The translations under genes were made by a program, and so were the position numbers. This document shows positions 7,482 to 16,156 of a DNA stretch of 20,000 nucleotides, piece after piece. Source of the DNA: an uncultured virus (IMG/VR IMGVR_UViG_2061766007_000905) (Duplodnaviria > Heunggongvirae > Uroviricota > Caudoviricetes); IMG/VR virus record IMGVR_UViG_2061766007_000905; one strand, given 5' to 3'. The notes under the pieces were generated by a model, which saw only the letters and a program-made list of their open reading frames with translations, searched no databases and had not been told where the DNA came from. The stretch's first letter is position 1; every line of letters starts with the position of its first letter.

Positions 7482-7813
7482 GTCTGTATAAAGAAAAAAT
7501 TTTAAAGAAAGTTTATATTGTTTCAGGACTTGACGAAAAAGATGGTGATTCGACACTAGATAACTGGCGTTTTCAAAATGTAGGCCATGATATTCGTGAA
7601 TACATTCGAGAAATGGACTGGGACGAAGACTTAATTTATGAAGTCGATTTAACTGGTAAAAATATCGAATTTAGTAAATGTAGCATGGATTGTTATTGGA
7701 CCACAAGTTCTGAATTAAAGCTTAAAGACTTAAAAGTTACATGTTATAGAATTACTTCAGAACATAAGACTCTTGATGATGTTGTAGATGTTCCCTGGAA
7801 AAACGATAAGTAA
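7478..7813 (+). CDS. hypothetical protein
   Basis: 111 aa, ATGA-coupled. Confidence 0.8.
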   Translation: MSLYKEKILKKVYIVSGLDEKDGDSTLDNWRFQNVGHDIREYIREMDWDEDLIYEVDLTGKNIEFSKCSMDCYWTTSSELKLKDLKVTCYRITSEHKTLDDVVDVPWKNDK

Positions 7814-7846
7814 AAAATTAAAATAATATCTATAAGGAAATAAAAA

Positions 7847-8431
7847 ATGGCAAGAAAAAAGAAAAATACCACATCTGATGACGATCCAGTAGTATGCTAT
7901 ACAACTGATGGACCACGTACCAAGAGTCAAGAAAAAGCACGTCTTAAGAACCTTCGTGACGGTATAATTGAGGCGATGAAGAAGGCTGTAAAGGACGAGC
8001 CAGATGTGTATGATGCAAATCGACTTGAAGATGCCATTAACGCTTTGAATAAGGTATCAGATGAAAATCTCGATGCATATTTAATTCTTGGTGAGCATTT
8101 TTCAATTTTGATGAAACAGATTGAATTCAGTAAAGCTGAAGTTGATAAACTGTATAAGATGTTAAAGAAAAATTTTGAAATAGTCAAGGACCAACAATGT
8201 GAAAAAGACGATAGAACACGTGATGACTTCCAATTTTTGATTAAGACCAAGAATTGTGATGGCGTTATTGTATGGGTAAATAAAATGAAACCTTTATTCA
8301 GCGATTACAAAAACGGATATTATAATATTTTAATGTGTGGCGATATGTTTTCCATGGTCGAAAAAAATTTTGACAAATTTGAAGACATGCTTGATGACCT
8401 CAAGGGTCGTATTGAAAAATGCAAGTTTTAA
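7847..8431 (+). CDS. hypothetical protein
   Basis: 194 aa, TAAGGA SD. Confidence 0.85.
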   Translation: MARKKKNTTSDDDPVVCYTTDGPRTKSQEKARLKNLRDGIIEAMKKAVKDEPDVYDANRLEDAINALNKVSDENLDAYLILGEHFSILMKQIEFSKAEVDKLYKMLKKNFEIVKDQQCEKDDRTRDDFQFLIKTKNCDGVIVWVNKMKPLFSDYKNGYYNILMCGDMFSMVEKNFDKFEDMLDDLKGRIEKCKF

Positions 8432-8457
8432 AGCGGACTGAAATAAAATATTTTAGG

Positions 8458-8494
8458 AAAAAGGGTTGACATTTGTCAATTCTTTTTTTATTTT
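8458..8494 (+). promoter_or_regulatory. hairpin-embedded sigma70-type promoter/terminator
   Basis: TTGACA(8466)-N17-TATTTT(8489); AAAAGGGTTGAC-attt-GTCAATTCTTTT. Confidence 0.75.
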
Positions 8495-8514
8495 AATAAA
8501 AAAGGAGTAACAAT

Positions 8515-9121
8515 ATGTACGAAGCGCTTTTTAAACGAATCAAATCAACTGACTTTCCATTAAAGTGTAGAGGTATGTATTACTTCTCTAAAGGTCGTCA
8601 TGCCCATCAGGAACGTAAAGGTTCTGGTTTTCCATATTTCGTACACCCTCGCGGTGTTGCTTATATTGTAATNNNNNNNNNNTCATCAAGAAAGAAAAGG
8701 CTCTGGTTTTCCATATTTCGTACACCCTCGCGGTGTTGCTTATATTGTAATGGAACACGGAGGTTCTGTAGACCAAATCAACGCAGCTTTTGCACATGAC
8801 TTGTTGGAAGATACCGAAACTTCTTATCTTGAAATCATGGCTGTCGGTAATTCTGAGCATTGTGCTGATTTGTGCACTGAACTCAGGAATAACGAAATCC
8901 TTAAAGAAGAAATGGGCAAGGAAGCTTATATTAGCGAAAAACTGCTCAAGATGAGTGAAGAAGCTTTGCTTGTTAAACTCGCAGATATGGTTTACAATTC
9001 TTTTGATCAACCTGGTGAAAAGGCTTTGAACAGAATGTATAAAAATGTTTGCGAGCTTCTTCTGAAGCGCGAGCTTAATGATAAATGTAGAGAACTTGCA
9101 AACTTGGTTATTTTGGCTTAA
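8515..9121 (+). CDS. HD-domain protein, RelA/SpoT hydrolase (small alarmone hydrolase/Mesh1)-like; split by N-gap duplication
   Basis: HAHQERKGSGFPYFVHP...AAFAHDLLEDT...LLVKLADMVYN matches RSH hydrolase motifs; ~60 nt repeated on both sides of gap 8673-8682. Confidence 0.85.
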
Positions 9122-9152
9122 TTATAAAAGCTATATTTATTAAGGAGTACAA

Positions 9153-9245
9153 ATGAAATCACAATCGTCACTTCAACAACTTTTGCGCTATAACAAATGG
9201 TATGAAAAGTGGTTGAAAAAGAACAAGAAGATTAATAAGGGTTGA
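9153..9245 (+). CDS. 30 aa basic micropeptide MKSQSSLQQLLRYNKWYEKWLKKNKKINKG
   Basis: Strong TAAGGAG SD, fills the intergenic gap; TGA stop lies within the next -35 box. Confidence 0.6.
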   Translation: MKSQSSLQQLLRYNKWYEKWLKKNKKINKG

Positions 9246-9270
9246 CATGTATCAACCTTTTTTCTATATT
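9237..9270 (+). promoter_or_regulatory. hairpin-embedded sigma70-type promoter/terminator
   Basis: TTGACA(9242)-N17-TATATT(9265); AAGGGTTGA-catgta-TCAACCTTTTTT. Confidence 0.85.
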
Positions 9271-9277
9271 ATATAAT

Positions 9278-9696
9278 ATGGGAAAATTAGTCAAAATCGA
9301 AAAACTCTTTCCATTTACTAAAGAAGAAATCGCTCAGATTAAAACAGGATTTAGTCCTTCACTAGATGAATTGTGGTTTCCATATTCTGATATTGATCCG
9401 AAGGATTTAGATTGCTTCTATGAGAAAGATAAGCCTGAAGAAAATAAGAAGGTATACGTAAGCTATATCGGTAATCCTGCATATTGGGATTGGATGATTA
9501 AAGACCGTATTAAGCTCGATAGCTATGATTATGGTTTCTGTGATAATGCCACTCAGGCTAGACTGTATGCAGAAGAACAGATGAAGAATGATGATAGAGA
9601 ATATTGCATTGTTCTTGAAGCCTTTGATGCACAAGCCGATTATGGTGAAAAGTTCTATTATAGAAATGGTCCTTATATCGGTAAGATTCCGCATCA
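9278..9696 (+). CDS. hypothetical protein (likely leaderless), 3' end lost in N gap
   Basis: ATG 9278 lies 7 nt after the -10 box; frame open to the gap at 9697. Confidence 0.75.
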
Positions 9697-9782
9697 NNNN
9701 NNNNNNNNNNNNNNNNNNNNNNNNNNNNNNNNNNNNNNNNNNNNNNNNNNNNNNNNNNNNNNNNNNNNNNNNNNNNNNNNNN

Positions 9783-10389
9783 ACTTGAAGAAGCAATCAA
9801 AATTAATCCTGATATGTTCAATCTCGATAAGGTTGCAGAATATAGCAAAGAATTACAGAAATTTGAGGGCAACTTCTTTGAAACTTTAAAGAAGCTTGAC
9901 CAAATTTATAAAGAAGAAGTTCGTTTTACCGAAGAAGAACGTAATTCAATTAAACAGGTCATTATTGATGTTGGTCATACAATTAAGGAAGAAGTCATAA
10001 AAGGAACTAAAGAAGAAATCGGCGAAGAATTGTTTAATCCTTTACGTGACGATTATTACATTGTACTTGATAATAATACATTAATTCATTTTCTAAAAAT
10101 TCATAAAAGACGCGGTGGTTTTGTTGTTGATGCTAAAGAAGGTATTAAAGTAGAATATAATATTCTTGAATTTTTTACTCCAGAAACATGTCAACGTTTC
10201 TTTAATACTGCTGAACTTGAACACGTGCTTTATAAGCTATTTGATGCAGAAGATTATTCTTTAGAATCTAATCTTGATAATCTTCGTAAGGCGTTTACAC
10301 TTAATTCTGAACCTGAATCTGACGATGATTATTGGAAGCATCGTGATGAGTATGAAGAAGAACGTAGAAAAGAAAGAAAAACGTTATAA
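9783..10389 (+). CDS. hypothetical protein, paralog of 4574-5395; 5' end lost in N gap
   Basis: LEEAIKINPDMF...EVRFTEEE...FNPLRDDY aligns with NEAVKINPSMF...EIRFTEDE...YNPVRDDY. Confidence 0.8.
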
Positions 10390-10427
10390 AGATTATAAAG
10401 AATACTTATTGTCAACATTAAGAAGGC

Positions 10428-10964
10428 ATGATGGAAACTGATCATATTTTTAAAAAAGAAATTAACGGTAAAATAAAATGGATTTACCAAAATAATAGCT
10501 ATAACGGTTTTTATGACCGAGTATTTTCGCATGAAACCGAGTTCGATACTTTTTATGATGCGGAGCATTATGCAAGAGTTCATAGCGATAATAAAAAATA
10601 TAAAGGAACATTTACACGTCTCTATGACAAAAACGGCAATGTGACATATAAAAAAGAAGATGCCGTATTTGAGATTATTCCGCCGGATTCTAATCGATAT
10701 TTTTACGTTAGAACGTTTAATGCTGACTTGGCTAAGGCAATTAAACGTTATGAAAATTCATTTTGGCGAAAACTATTTAAGTTTTTCTTCAAAATCACTG
10801 ATGAACCTTTGGATTATCCAAAAACCAAAGTTAAAATGGTTCATAATGGTAACGAAATAACTATTTTCGAAGGCGAGGATTGGGGCAAGGCAGAAAACTA
10901 TATTAAACAGTTTGTAAAGACCAATCCAATTTATGACCTGTCGAATAGTGATATAATTATGTAA
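10428..10964 (+). CDS. hypothetical protein
   Basis: 178 aa ORF. Confidence 0.8.
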   Translation: MMETDHIFKKEINGKIKWIYQNNSYNGFYDRVFSHETEFDTFYDAEHYARVHSDNKKYKGTFTRLYDKNGNVTYKKEDAVFEIIPPDSNRYFYVRTFNADLAKAIKRYENSFWRKLFKFFFKITDEPLDYPKTKVKMVHNGNEITIFEGEDWGKAENYIKQFVKTNPIYDLSNSDIIM

Positions 10965-10980
10965 AATAACGGAGTTATAA

Positions 10981-11376
10981 ATGGAATTTCTTAAATGCAT
11001 GGGCATGTTGGCTGCAGGGTTAATGGTTTTTACCGTAGCTGGTGGCAGTGCAGATTTACAGCATCATCGTGCTATGGAAACACGAGTCGACAAAAAGATT
11101 GAGCGTTCGGAACTTAAACAAACTGGCAAAGTTCTTGTAGAAATGTATACCGTTATTGACGACGGCATTACAAAACGAACTTTAAAATCACAAATAGTAG
11201 TTGATTCTATTTATGATAGGGACGTCGAAAATCTTAATATGGCGTTAAAAGACATGACATATAAGACCGTAGTTGAAAGACAGCGTGAAATCGATAATAC
11301 ACAATATATTCCTTTAGACCAGGCTGCAGAAAAAACAATAGATGACCTGCAGACAATTTTTAGCATAAAACAATAA
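10981..11376 (+). CDS. hypothetical exported/membrane-anchored protein
   Basis: GGAG SD; N-terminal hydrophobic segment MGMLAAGLMVFTVAGG. Confidence 0.8.
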   Translation: MEFLKCMGMLAAGLMVFTVAGGSADLQHHRAMETRVDKKIERSELKQTGKVLVEMYTVIDDGITKRTLKSQIVVDSIYDRDVENLNMALKDMTYKTVVERQREIDNTQYIPLDQAAEKTIDDLQTIFSIKQ

Positions 11377-11383
11377 GTAAATT

Positions 11384-11977
11384 ATGTCATATAGATATTT
11401 AAACGCATTAATTTATGATAAACCAGAAGAAGATCTTATTCTTGAGCTTAATTCTGTCCGCGACGACTATCATAAGTATATTACAAAGCAAATTAAGCAG
11501 CATGCAAAAATTTACATAGATTTTGGCGATAAGAAATATAAGCCTGAAGAAGATGAAAGCGGCGCTAAACTTTTGTCAAGAGCGCTTAGGACTATCGAAA
11601 AGGGTGCATATGCTGTCGAACGTGGAAATCCGGTAGATTTTAGCGGGAGTTGCGTCGTATTAAAAAGCTTAGGTAAGATTGTCCTTTGGTTTTTTTCTGG
11701 ATATCATTTTGACGACTTTAAAAGAGGAAATCCTATTCTTAGGCGTCTAAAAGATTATTCGTATATGGACAGCGCCGATATTGAATTTAATAACGAGGCG
11801 GAAGAAAAAGATTGGAATGAAAGAGGAGAATTCTGGAATTCTCTTTATGAAAAGTATCAGACGGGTATTGCGTCAAGAATGGGTTTAGTATATGAATTCT
11901 TTACCCATGACGATATTTGGGATTTCGGCTGTAAATTAAGCGAAGAATACGAAAAGCAGACTAAAAAGGGAAAATAA
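11384..11977 (+). CDS. hypothetical phage protein, paralog of 258-869
   Basis: 197 aa ORF with shared motifs. Confidence 0.85.
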   Translation: MSYRYLNALIYDKPEEDLILELNSVRDDYHKYITKQIKQHAKIYIDFGDKKYKPEEDESGAKLLSRALRTIEKGAYAVERGNPVDFSGSCVVLKSLGKIVLWFFSGYHFDDFKRGNPILRRLKDYSYMDSADIEFNNEAEEKDWNERGEFWNSLYEKYQTGIASRMGLVYEFFTHDDIWDFGCKLSEEYEKQTKKGK

Positions 11978-11978
11978 T

Positions 11979-12431
11979 ATGAGACGATTGTTTATTATTA
12001 GAAAAGATTTGAATCTTCATGCCGGTAAACTTGCCGCTATGGTTGGACATTGTGCTGAAGGATATTGGATGAATATTATTCGTAACGATGCAAACACAGA
12101 ACAGTTCTTCAAGGACGGTATTGTAACTGGCTACAAGATTTATATCGATAATGATATAGTTACGGATTATATCAACGGTATATTTACAAAAACTATTTGT
12201 GAAGCTAAGAATTTGAACCACCTTATGAAAGTGGTCGATATTGCTAAGGAACTTGGGCTTCATGAAGGTACTGATTATGGCTTTATCGATGACGTCTGTA
12301 AGACTGATTTGACGCCAGAATTTACCGATGAAAATGGTGTCGGCCGTTGCCGTGTCGGTATATGGTTTAAACCATTATCTGATGAAATTAGTCATAAACT
12401 TAGTAAAAAATATCAACTATATAAAGGTTAA
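11979..12431 (+). CDS. pth2: peptidyl-tRNA hydrolase, Pth2 family
   Basis: IIRKDLNLHAGKLAAMVGHCA matches the Pth2 signature VVRxDLxMxxGKxAAQxxHA; later D-xx-KT and G-x-P motifs. Confidence 0.85.
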   Translation: MRRLFIIRKDLNLHAGKLAAMVGHCAEGYWMNIIRNDANTEQFFKDGIVTGYKIYIDNDIVTDYINGIFTKTICEAKNLNHLMKVVDIAKELGLHEGTDYGFIDDVCKTDLTPEFTDENGVGRCRVGIWFKPLSDEISHKLSKKYQLYKG

Positions 12432-12433
12432 TT

Positions 12434-12973
12434 ATGAGAGAACGTAAAAATATATCAGTTGAAGAATATAAAAACGTATGTAAAAAACTTGGATTAACAC
12501 TGGAAGAATCCACAGATCCAAAAATTCCAGGTTTTTTAGGAATATATGCATATGTCTATAGTCCAATTTTTAAATTTGGAAAAGATAGTATTGCAGATTT
12601 ATTAATTCAGGATGCGCATCAGGATCATCCATGGGTTACATATTGCAATAGCGTTGAAAAAGACGATAATTATGGAAATTACATTGCAATCGATAAAGAA
12701 TTGTCTGGCTGTTGGAATGCGCCATGGGATGTAGATGATTTTGAATTGCAATTACGTAGAACGCTTGACAAGATAAAAGAAGTTGAAGAAAAAACTAAAT
12801 GGCCAAAAAGACAACATATTCAAATTGATGTCTATTATGACCAAGAACGTGATAATCGATTCTTGCGTCAAGACTTAGATGAAGTCGTGTGGAAATTTTT
12901 TGATGATTTAAATGATAAAGTTTCGGTAGCAGTTCTTAATGCCGCAGGTAAAACATATTATACCAAGGATTAA
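12434..12973 (+). CDS. hypothetical protein
   Basis: 179 aa ORF, AAAGGT SD. Confidence 0.8.
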   Translation: MRERKNISVEEYKNVCKKLGLTLEESTDPKIPGFLGIYAYVYSPIFKFGKDSIADLLIQDAHQDHPWVTYCNSVEKDDNYGNYIAIDKELSGCWNAPWDVDDFELQLRRTLDKIKEVEEKTKWPKRQHIQIDVYYDQERDNRFLRQDLDEVVWKFFDDLNDKVSVAVLNAAGKTYYTKD

Positions 12974-12976
12974 TAA

Positions 12977-13228
12977 ATGACTGGCTACGATCCGAAAGAC
13001 AGTAAAGAAAGACGCGTATTTAAGGCGTTTTGCTTTTGCAAATCAATGCAAAAGAAAGGACAGGATAAAAACGTAGCGCTACAAGTCGCCAGTAAGTATT
13101 ATCATGTTCCTGAAGAATCAGTCCGCGAATATGTAGAAGGTGAAGATAACGACGATATTTATTTTATGCTAAATGGCGCCATACCGATTGCAGCAAGTGA
13201 TATATTTGATCCGGGAGATTTTTGTTAG
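12977..13228 (+). CDS. hypothetical protein (possible small helical/HTH-like)
   Basis: 83 aa ORF, AAGGA SD. Confidence 0.75.
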   Translation: MTGYDPKDSKERRVFKAFCFCKSMQKKGQDKNVALQVASKYYHVPEESVREYVEGEDNDDIYFMLNGAIPIAASDIFDPGDFC

Positions 13229-13229
13229 C

Positions 13230-13949
13230 ATGAAAGTTGGATTAATTGGAAGTAATATCTGGTATAGCAAGTCCAAAGAAATATTTGAATCACAAGGAAT
13301 AGAATATAAGATTTATGATGTATCTTGTGTAGAACAAGGACTTGAACTGGCTATAGCCAATAAGTTGGACGGTTTCAACGTAACGAAACCGTTTAAAAAA
13401 GATATTGTCAAGTATATGGATTCATTGATGCCTGAAGCACAACGTATTGGGACTGTGAACTGTGTTAAAATCATAAATGATTGTTTTATCGGCGAAAATT
13501 TCGATGGCGAAGCATTCCGAATTTCTTTGGATCATTATGTCAGCAATCATGATGATTGGGAATTCGATTATCCGCATCGTATGGCTATTCTTGGGAATGG
13601 AGGAGTAGTTCCGGCTATTCTTACCGCACTTCATGACGCCACCGATTTAACTACTTCTAGTCATGAAATGACAGTATTTGCCCGTAATCCGAAGTGTATA
13701 GATGAAAAAAGTATTTCGGAATTCGATGCCAAGAAATTCGATCTTATCGTCAACACCATTCCTTTCGAAACCGGAATAGATATCAATTTCAATAATAAGA
13801 GTAAGTTCATCTATTATGATTTGAATTATGCTGAACCAAATTTACTTGTTAAAAAGGCTGAAAGGAATAAACACTGTTCCTGGTCAATCAACGGGTTGGA
13901 TATGCTTGAACGCCAGGCAGAAATGTCGCTTAAGTGGTGGAAGGAATAA
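13230..13949 (+). CDS. aroE: shikimate dehydrogenase family protein
   Basis: GFNVTKPFK, AQRIGTVNCV, GENFDG, ILGNGG, LIVNT, YDLNY and GLDMLERQA motifs; ATG 13230 follows the upstream stop. Confidence 0.88.
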   Translation: MKVGLIGSNIWYSKSKEIFESQGIEYKIYDVSCVEQGLELAIANKLDGFNVTKPFKKDIVKYMDSLMPEAQRIGTVNCVKIINDCFIGENFDGEAFRISLDHYVSNHDDWEFDYPHRMAILGNGGVVPAILTALHDATDLTTSSHEMTVFARNPKCIDEKSISEFDAKKFDLIVNTIPFETGIDINFNNKSKFIYYDLNYAEPNLLVKKAERNKHCSWSINGLDMLERQAEMSLKWWKE

Positions 13950-14206
13950 TGGCTAATACAAAAGAAAAATATTTTAATATCGATACTGATGAAGTTGTAT
14001 GTCCATATTGTGGTGCTGAAGTAATGGATTCATGGGAATTGCCTGATTGTGATGATATTGAATGCTGGGAATGTGGAAAGAAGTTTCATTATGAAAGAGA
14101 AGTAACTGTAACTTATTGGTCACATAGAATTAAAGAAGATGGTAAAGTCGATTATTATGACGATTTAATTAAGGAAGAACAAGAGAAAAATAAAGCGGGT
14201 ATTTAG
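13949..14206 (+). CDS. zinc-ribbon protein
   Basis: CPYC and CWEC pairs; TAATG coupling. Confidence 0.8.
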   Translation: MANTKEKYFNIDTDEVVCPYCGAEVMDSWELPDCDDIECWECGKKFHYEREVTVTYWSHRIKEDGKVDYYDDLIKEEQEKNKAGI

Positions 14207-14216
14207 CCCGCTTTTT
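14192..14216. terminator. bidirectional intrinsic terminator between convergent genes
   Basis: AAAGCGGGT-attta-GCCCGCTTTTT. Confidence 0.85.
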
Positions 14217-14217
14217 A

Positions 14218-15147
14218 TTATTCGAATTTTATATCGTAAGTCGCATCTTCTACTTCTTCAATAGTTAGCTTTTTATTGAATAACTGTTTTAATTTTTCCA
14301 TTAAACCTTTAGCTTCTTCCCTAGATAATGGGCTTGTATTTATGTTTAATGTAATCGTATTAGCTTCTTCTATTGGAGTAGAAAGAATAAATGCTGCATC
14401 ATATTCTTGTGTAAAGAACTTTATACCATAATCTCTAATAGTCTTATTTTTCCATGCTTCATCACGGCCAGGCATACAGTCATACCCGATATGCGTCGCG
14501 ATAAATGATGATTTGCCAGCCTTGGCATTAGAATAGATTGTATAGAATTCATTATCTCCGTGCGGCGTGGACAGTAATATTACTTGCGAATTAACGCTGG
14601 CACTGACTGTTGGGAATACGGACTTCATAAATTGGTCGAGCGATTTTTCTTTACAGTATGCAAATTCGTCAAAAACAATTAAGTCTATATGCTTGCCTAG
14701 AACTGCACTGCTTGAAAACGGCGCATTAAAGATATATGAACCGTTTTCGAATTCGATGCGTCCGTGTTTGCTTTTGGTAATTTTGACTTTAAGAAAATCC
14801 GGAAGATGTTCATATAATTCCATTACTTTTTCAAGTATAGATCTAGACTGGAGTTCTGTATTTGCAAGAATCGCGATAGTTCTTTGCTCGTTGAATAACG
14901 CGAACCACAAAAGATATATTATGGCAATAGTCGTTTTTCCACATTGCCTAGGAGCTACCACAACATGGTTATGCTTCATTTCTTTTCTATTAATCCAGCT
15001 CTTGGCAAACTTACGTAAAAGCTTTGCTTGAAACTGGTAAGGCCGAAATTCAGTAAAACCATCAGCGGTAAGTATTTCGATATATTGTATAAATTTGTTG
15101 ATGTTTTTAGCACACGCTTTACGTATGCTTGATTGTTTGATATTCAT
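14218..15147 (-). CDS. terminase large subunit-like ATPase domain (T4 gp17-like), lacking the C-terminal nuclease domain
   Basis: FRPYQFQ adenine-binding motif, Walker A APRQCGKTT, Walker B IVFDEFAY, motif III LSTPHG, QEY; only ~55 aa follow QEY. Confidence 0.85.
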   Translation of the reverse strand: MNIKQSSIRKACAKNINKFIQYIEILTADGFTEFRPYQFQAKLLRKFAKSWINRKEMKHNHVVVAPRQCGKTTIAIIYLLWFALFNEQRTIAILANTELQSRSILEKVMELYEHLPDFLKVKITKSKHGRIEFENGSYIFNAPFSSSAVLGKHIDLIVFDEFAYCKEKSLDQFMKSVFPTVSASVNSQVILLSTPHGDNEFYTIYSNAKAGKSSFIATHIGYDCMPGRDEAWKNKTIRDYGIKFFTQEYDAAFILSTPIEEANTITLNINTSPLSREEAKGLMEKLKQLFNKKLTIEEVEDATYDIKFE

Positions 15148-15316
15148 TTTTCACCTTAATTTTTTAATATTAACCTTCGGATAATCCATACCAAGTTAGA
15201 TATATCAGTTTCCTCCGCTATGGGTTTTTAATGGCTAACCCTTCCGCCTATATGGCGTACGGCATATTCAGTTTGAACTATGCTTTTGAAAACCTTTAAT
15301 ATATATGGTTTAAGTA

Positions 15317-15345
15317 TTGACGAATATGGAAATTTTTACTATATT
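15317..15345 (+). promoter_or_regulatory. sigma70-type promoter (no hairpin; divergent intergenic region)
   Basis: TTGACG-N17-TATATT. Confidence 0.75.
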
Positions 15346-15371
15346 GTATTTACCAACTAAAGGAGTATCAA

Positions 15372-15977
15372 ATGGCAGAAATTTCTATCGTAGCATTTGT
15401 AATCAGCATTGTTATTACATTGCTTTATTATTTCGGTATTAAGTTTCTTTATACATATCGCCTAAAGTCAACATTTATCATCGGCTTTCTTGTTTTCATT
15501 TCTATTGTCGGATATAATTTTTATAAGAATTATCAAGAAGAAAAAAATGTAGAATCCGTATTGAATGAAGTAACTACGGAAATTAGCCATATTAACAAGA
15601 GTATGATGGCCGATGACGATTTCCATCATTTCGTCGAAACATTTATTCCTAAAAAGGACGGCGTAAAATTCAATGTCGTTCCAAGAATTGATACAGCAAT
15701 CCTTAAGGTCAATAAGGTTTATCAAAGCGTATTGAATGACCCTGACTATAAGATATTGATTACCAGTGCGAACGATTCAAAGTCACATTCTAAGAACTCG
15801 GCACATTATCGTGGTGAAGCAGTCGATGTTAGAATTAACAATATTAATCCAAAGTTAAAAAATGAAATTGTGCAAATGGTAAATGACGTATTGGGTTCGG
15901 ACTTTTTTGTCCTACATGAAGATAAGGACAAGCCGAATGAGCATTTGCATGTACAGTTGAGGAATAAGAAAAGCTAA
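15372..15977 (+). CDS. membrane-anchored M15 (Hedgehog/DD-peptidase fold) zinc peptidase
   Basis: Two N-terminal hydrophobic segments; ITSAND...SAHYRGEAVDVR...HLHVQ motifs; AAGGAG SD. Confidence 0.8.
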   Translation: MAEISIVAFVISIVITLLYYFGIKFLYTYRLKSTFIIGFLVFISIVGYNFYKNYQEEKNVESVLNEVTTEISHINKSMMADDDFHHFVETFIPKKDGVKFNVVPRIDTAILKVNKVYQSVLNDPDYKILITSANDSKSHSKNSAHYRGEAVDVRINNINPKLKNEIVQMVNDVLGSDFFVLHEDKDKPNEHLHVQLRNKKS

Positions 15978-16156
15978 TGACGTTTGAAGAGTTATATAAT
16001 AAATTGACATATATCAGATGGCTTGGCGAAGTTAAGCCAGATGCTGAAGTGTATTTAACCACTCATGAACATTTTGAACCGCATCATGTTCAATTACGCA
16101 CAGTGACAACGATATCAAAAAATAAAATCGACTTGATGGGTGTCGGCGAAATGTAA
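15977..16156 (+). CDS. small hypothetical protein (59 aa, MTFEELYNKL...)
   Basis: TAATG-coupled ORF ending just before the next hairpin; below ORF-track cutoff. Confidence 0.7.
   Translation: MTFEELYNKLTYIRWLGEVKPDAEVYLTTHEHFEPHHVQLRTVTTISKNKIDLMGVGEM

Noticed and set aside
4521..9270. CRISPR-like reading of the recurring GGGTTGACA...GTCAAC palindromes
   Set aside because: Copies are dispersed between genes hundreds to thousands of bases apart, not separated by regular spacers, and no cas genes are present
15190..15290. Hammerhead ribozyme reading of the structured intergenic region (GAAAC and CTGA words on the minus strand)
   Set aside because: No intact CUGANGA core in the right arrangement relative to the stems
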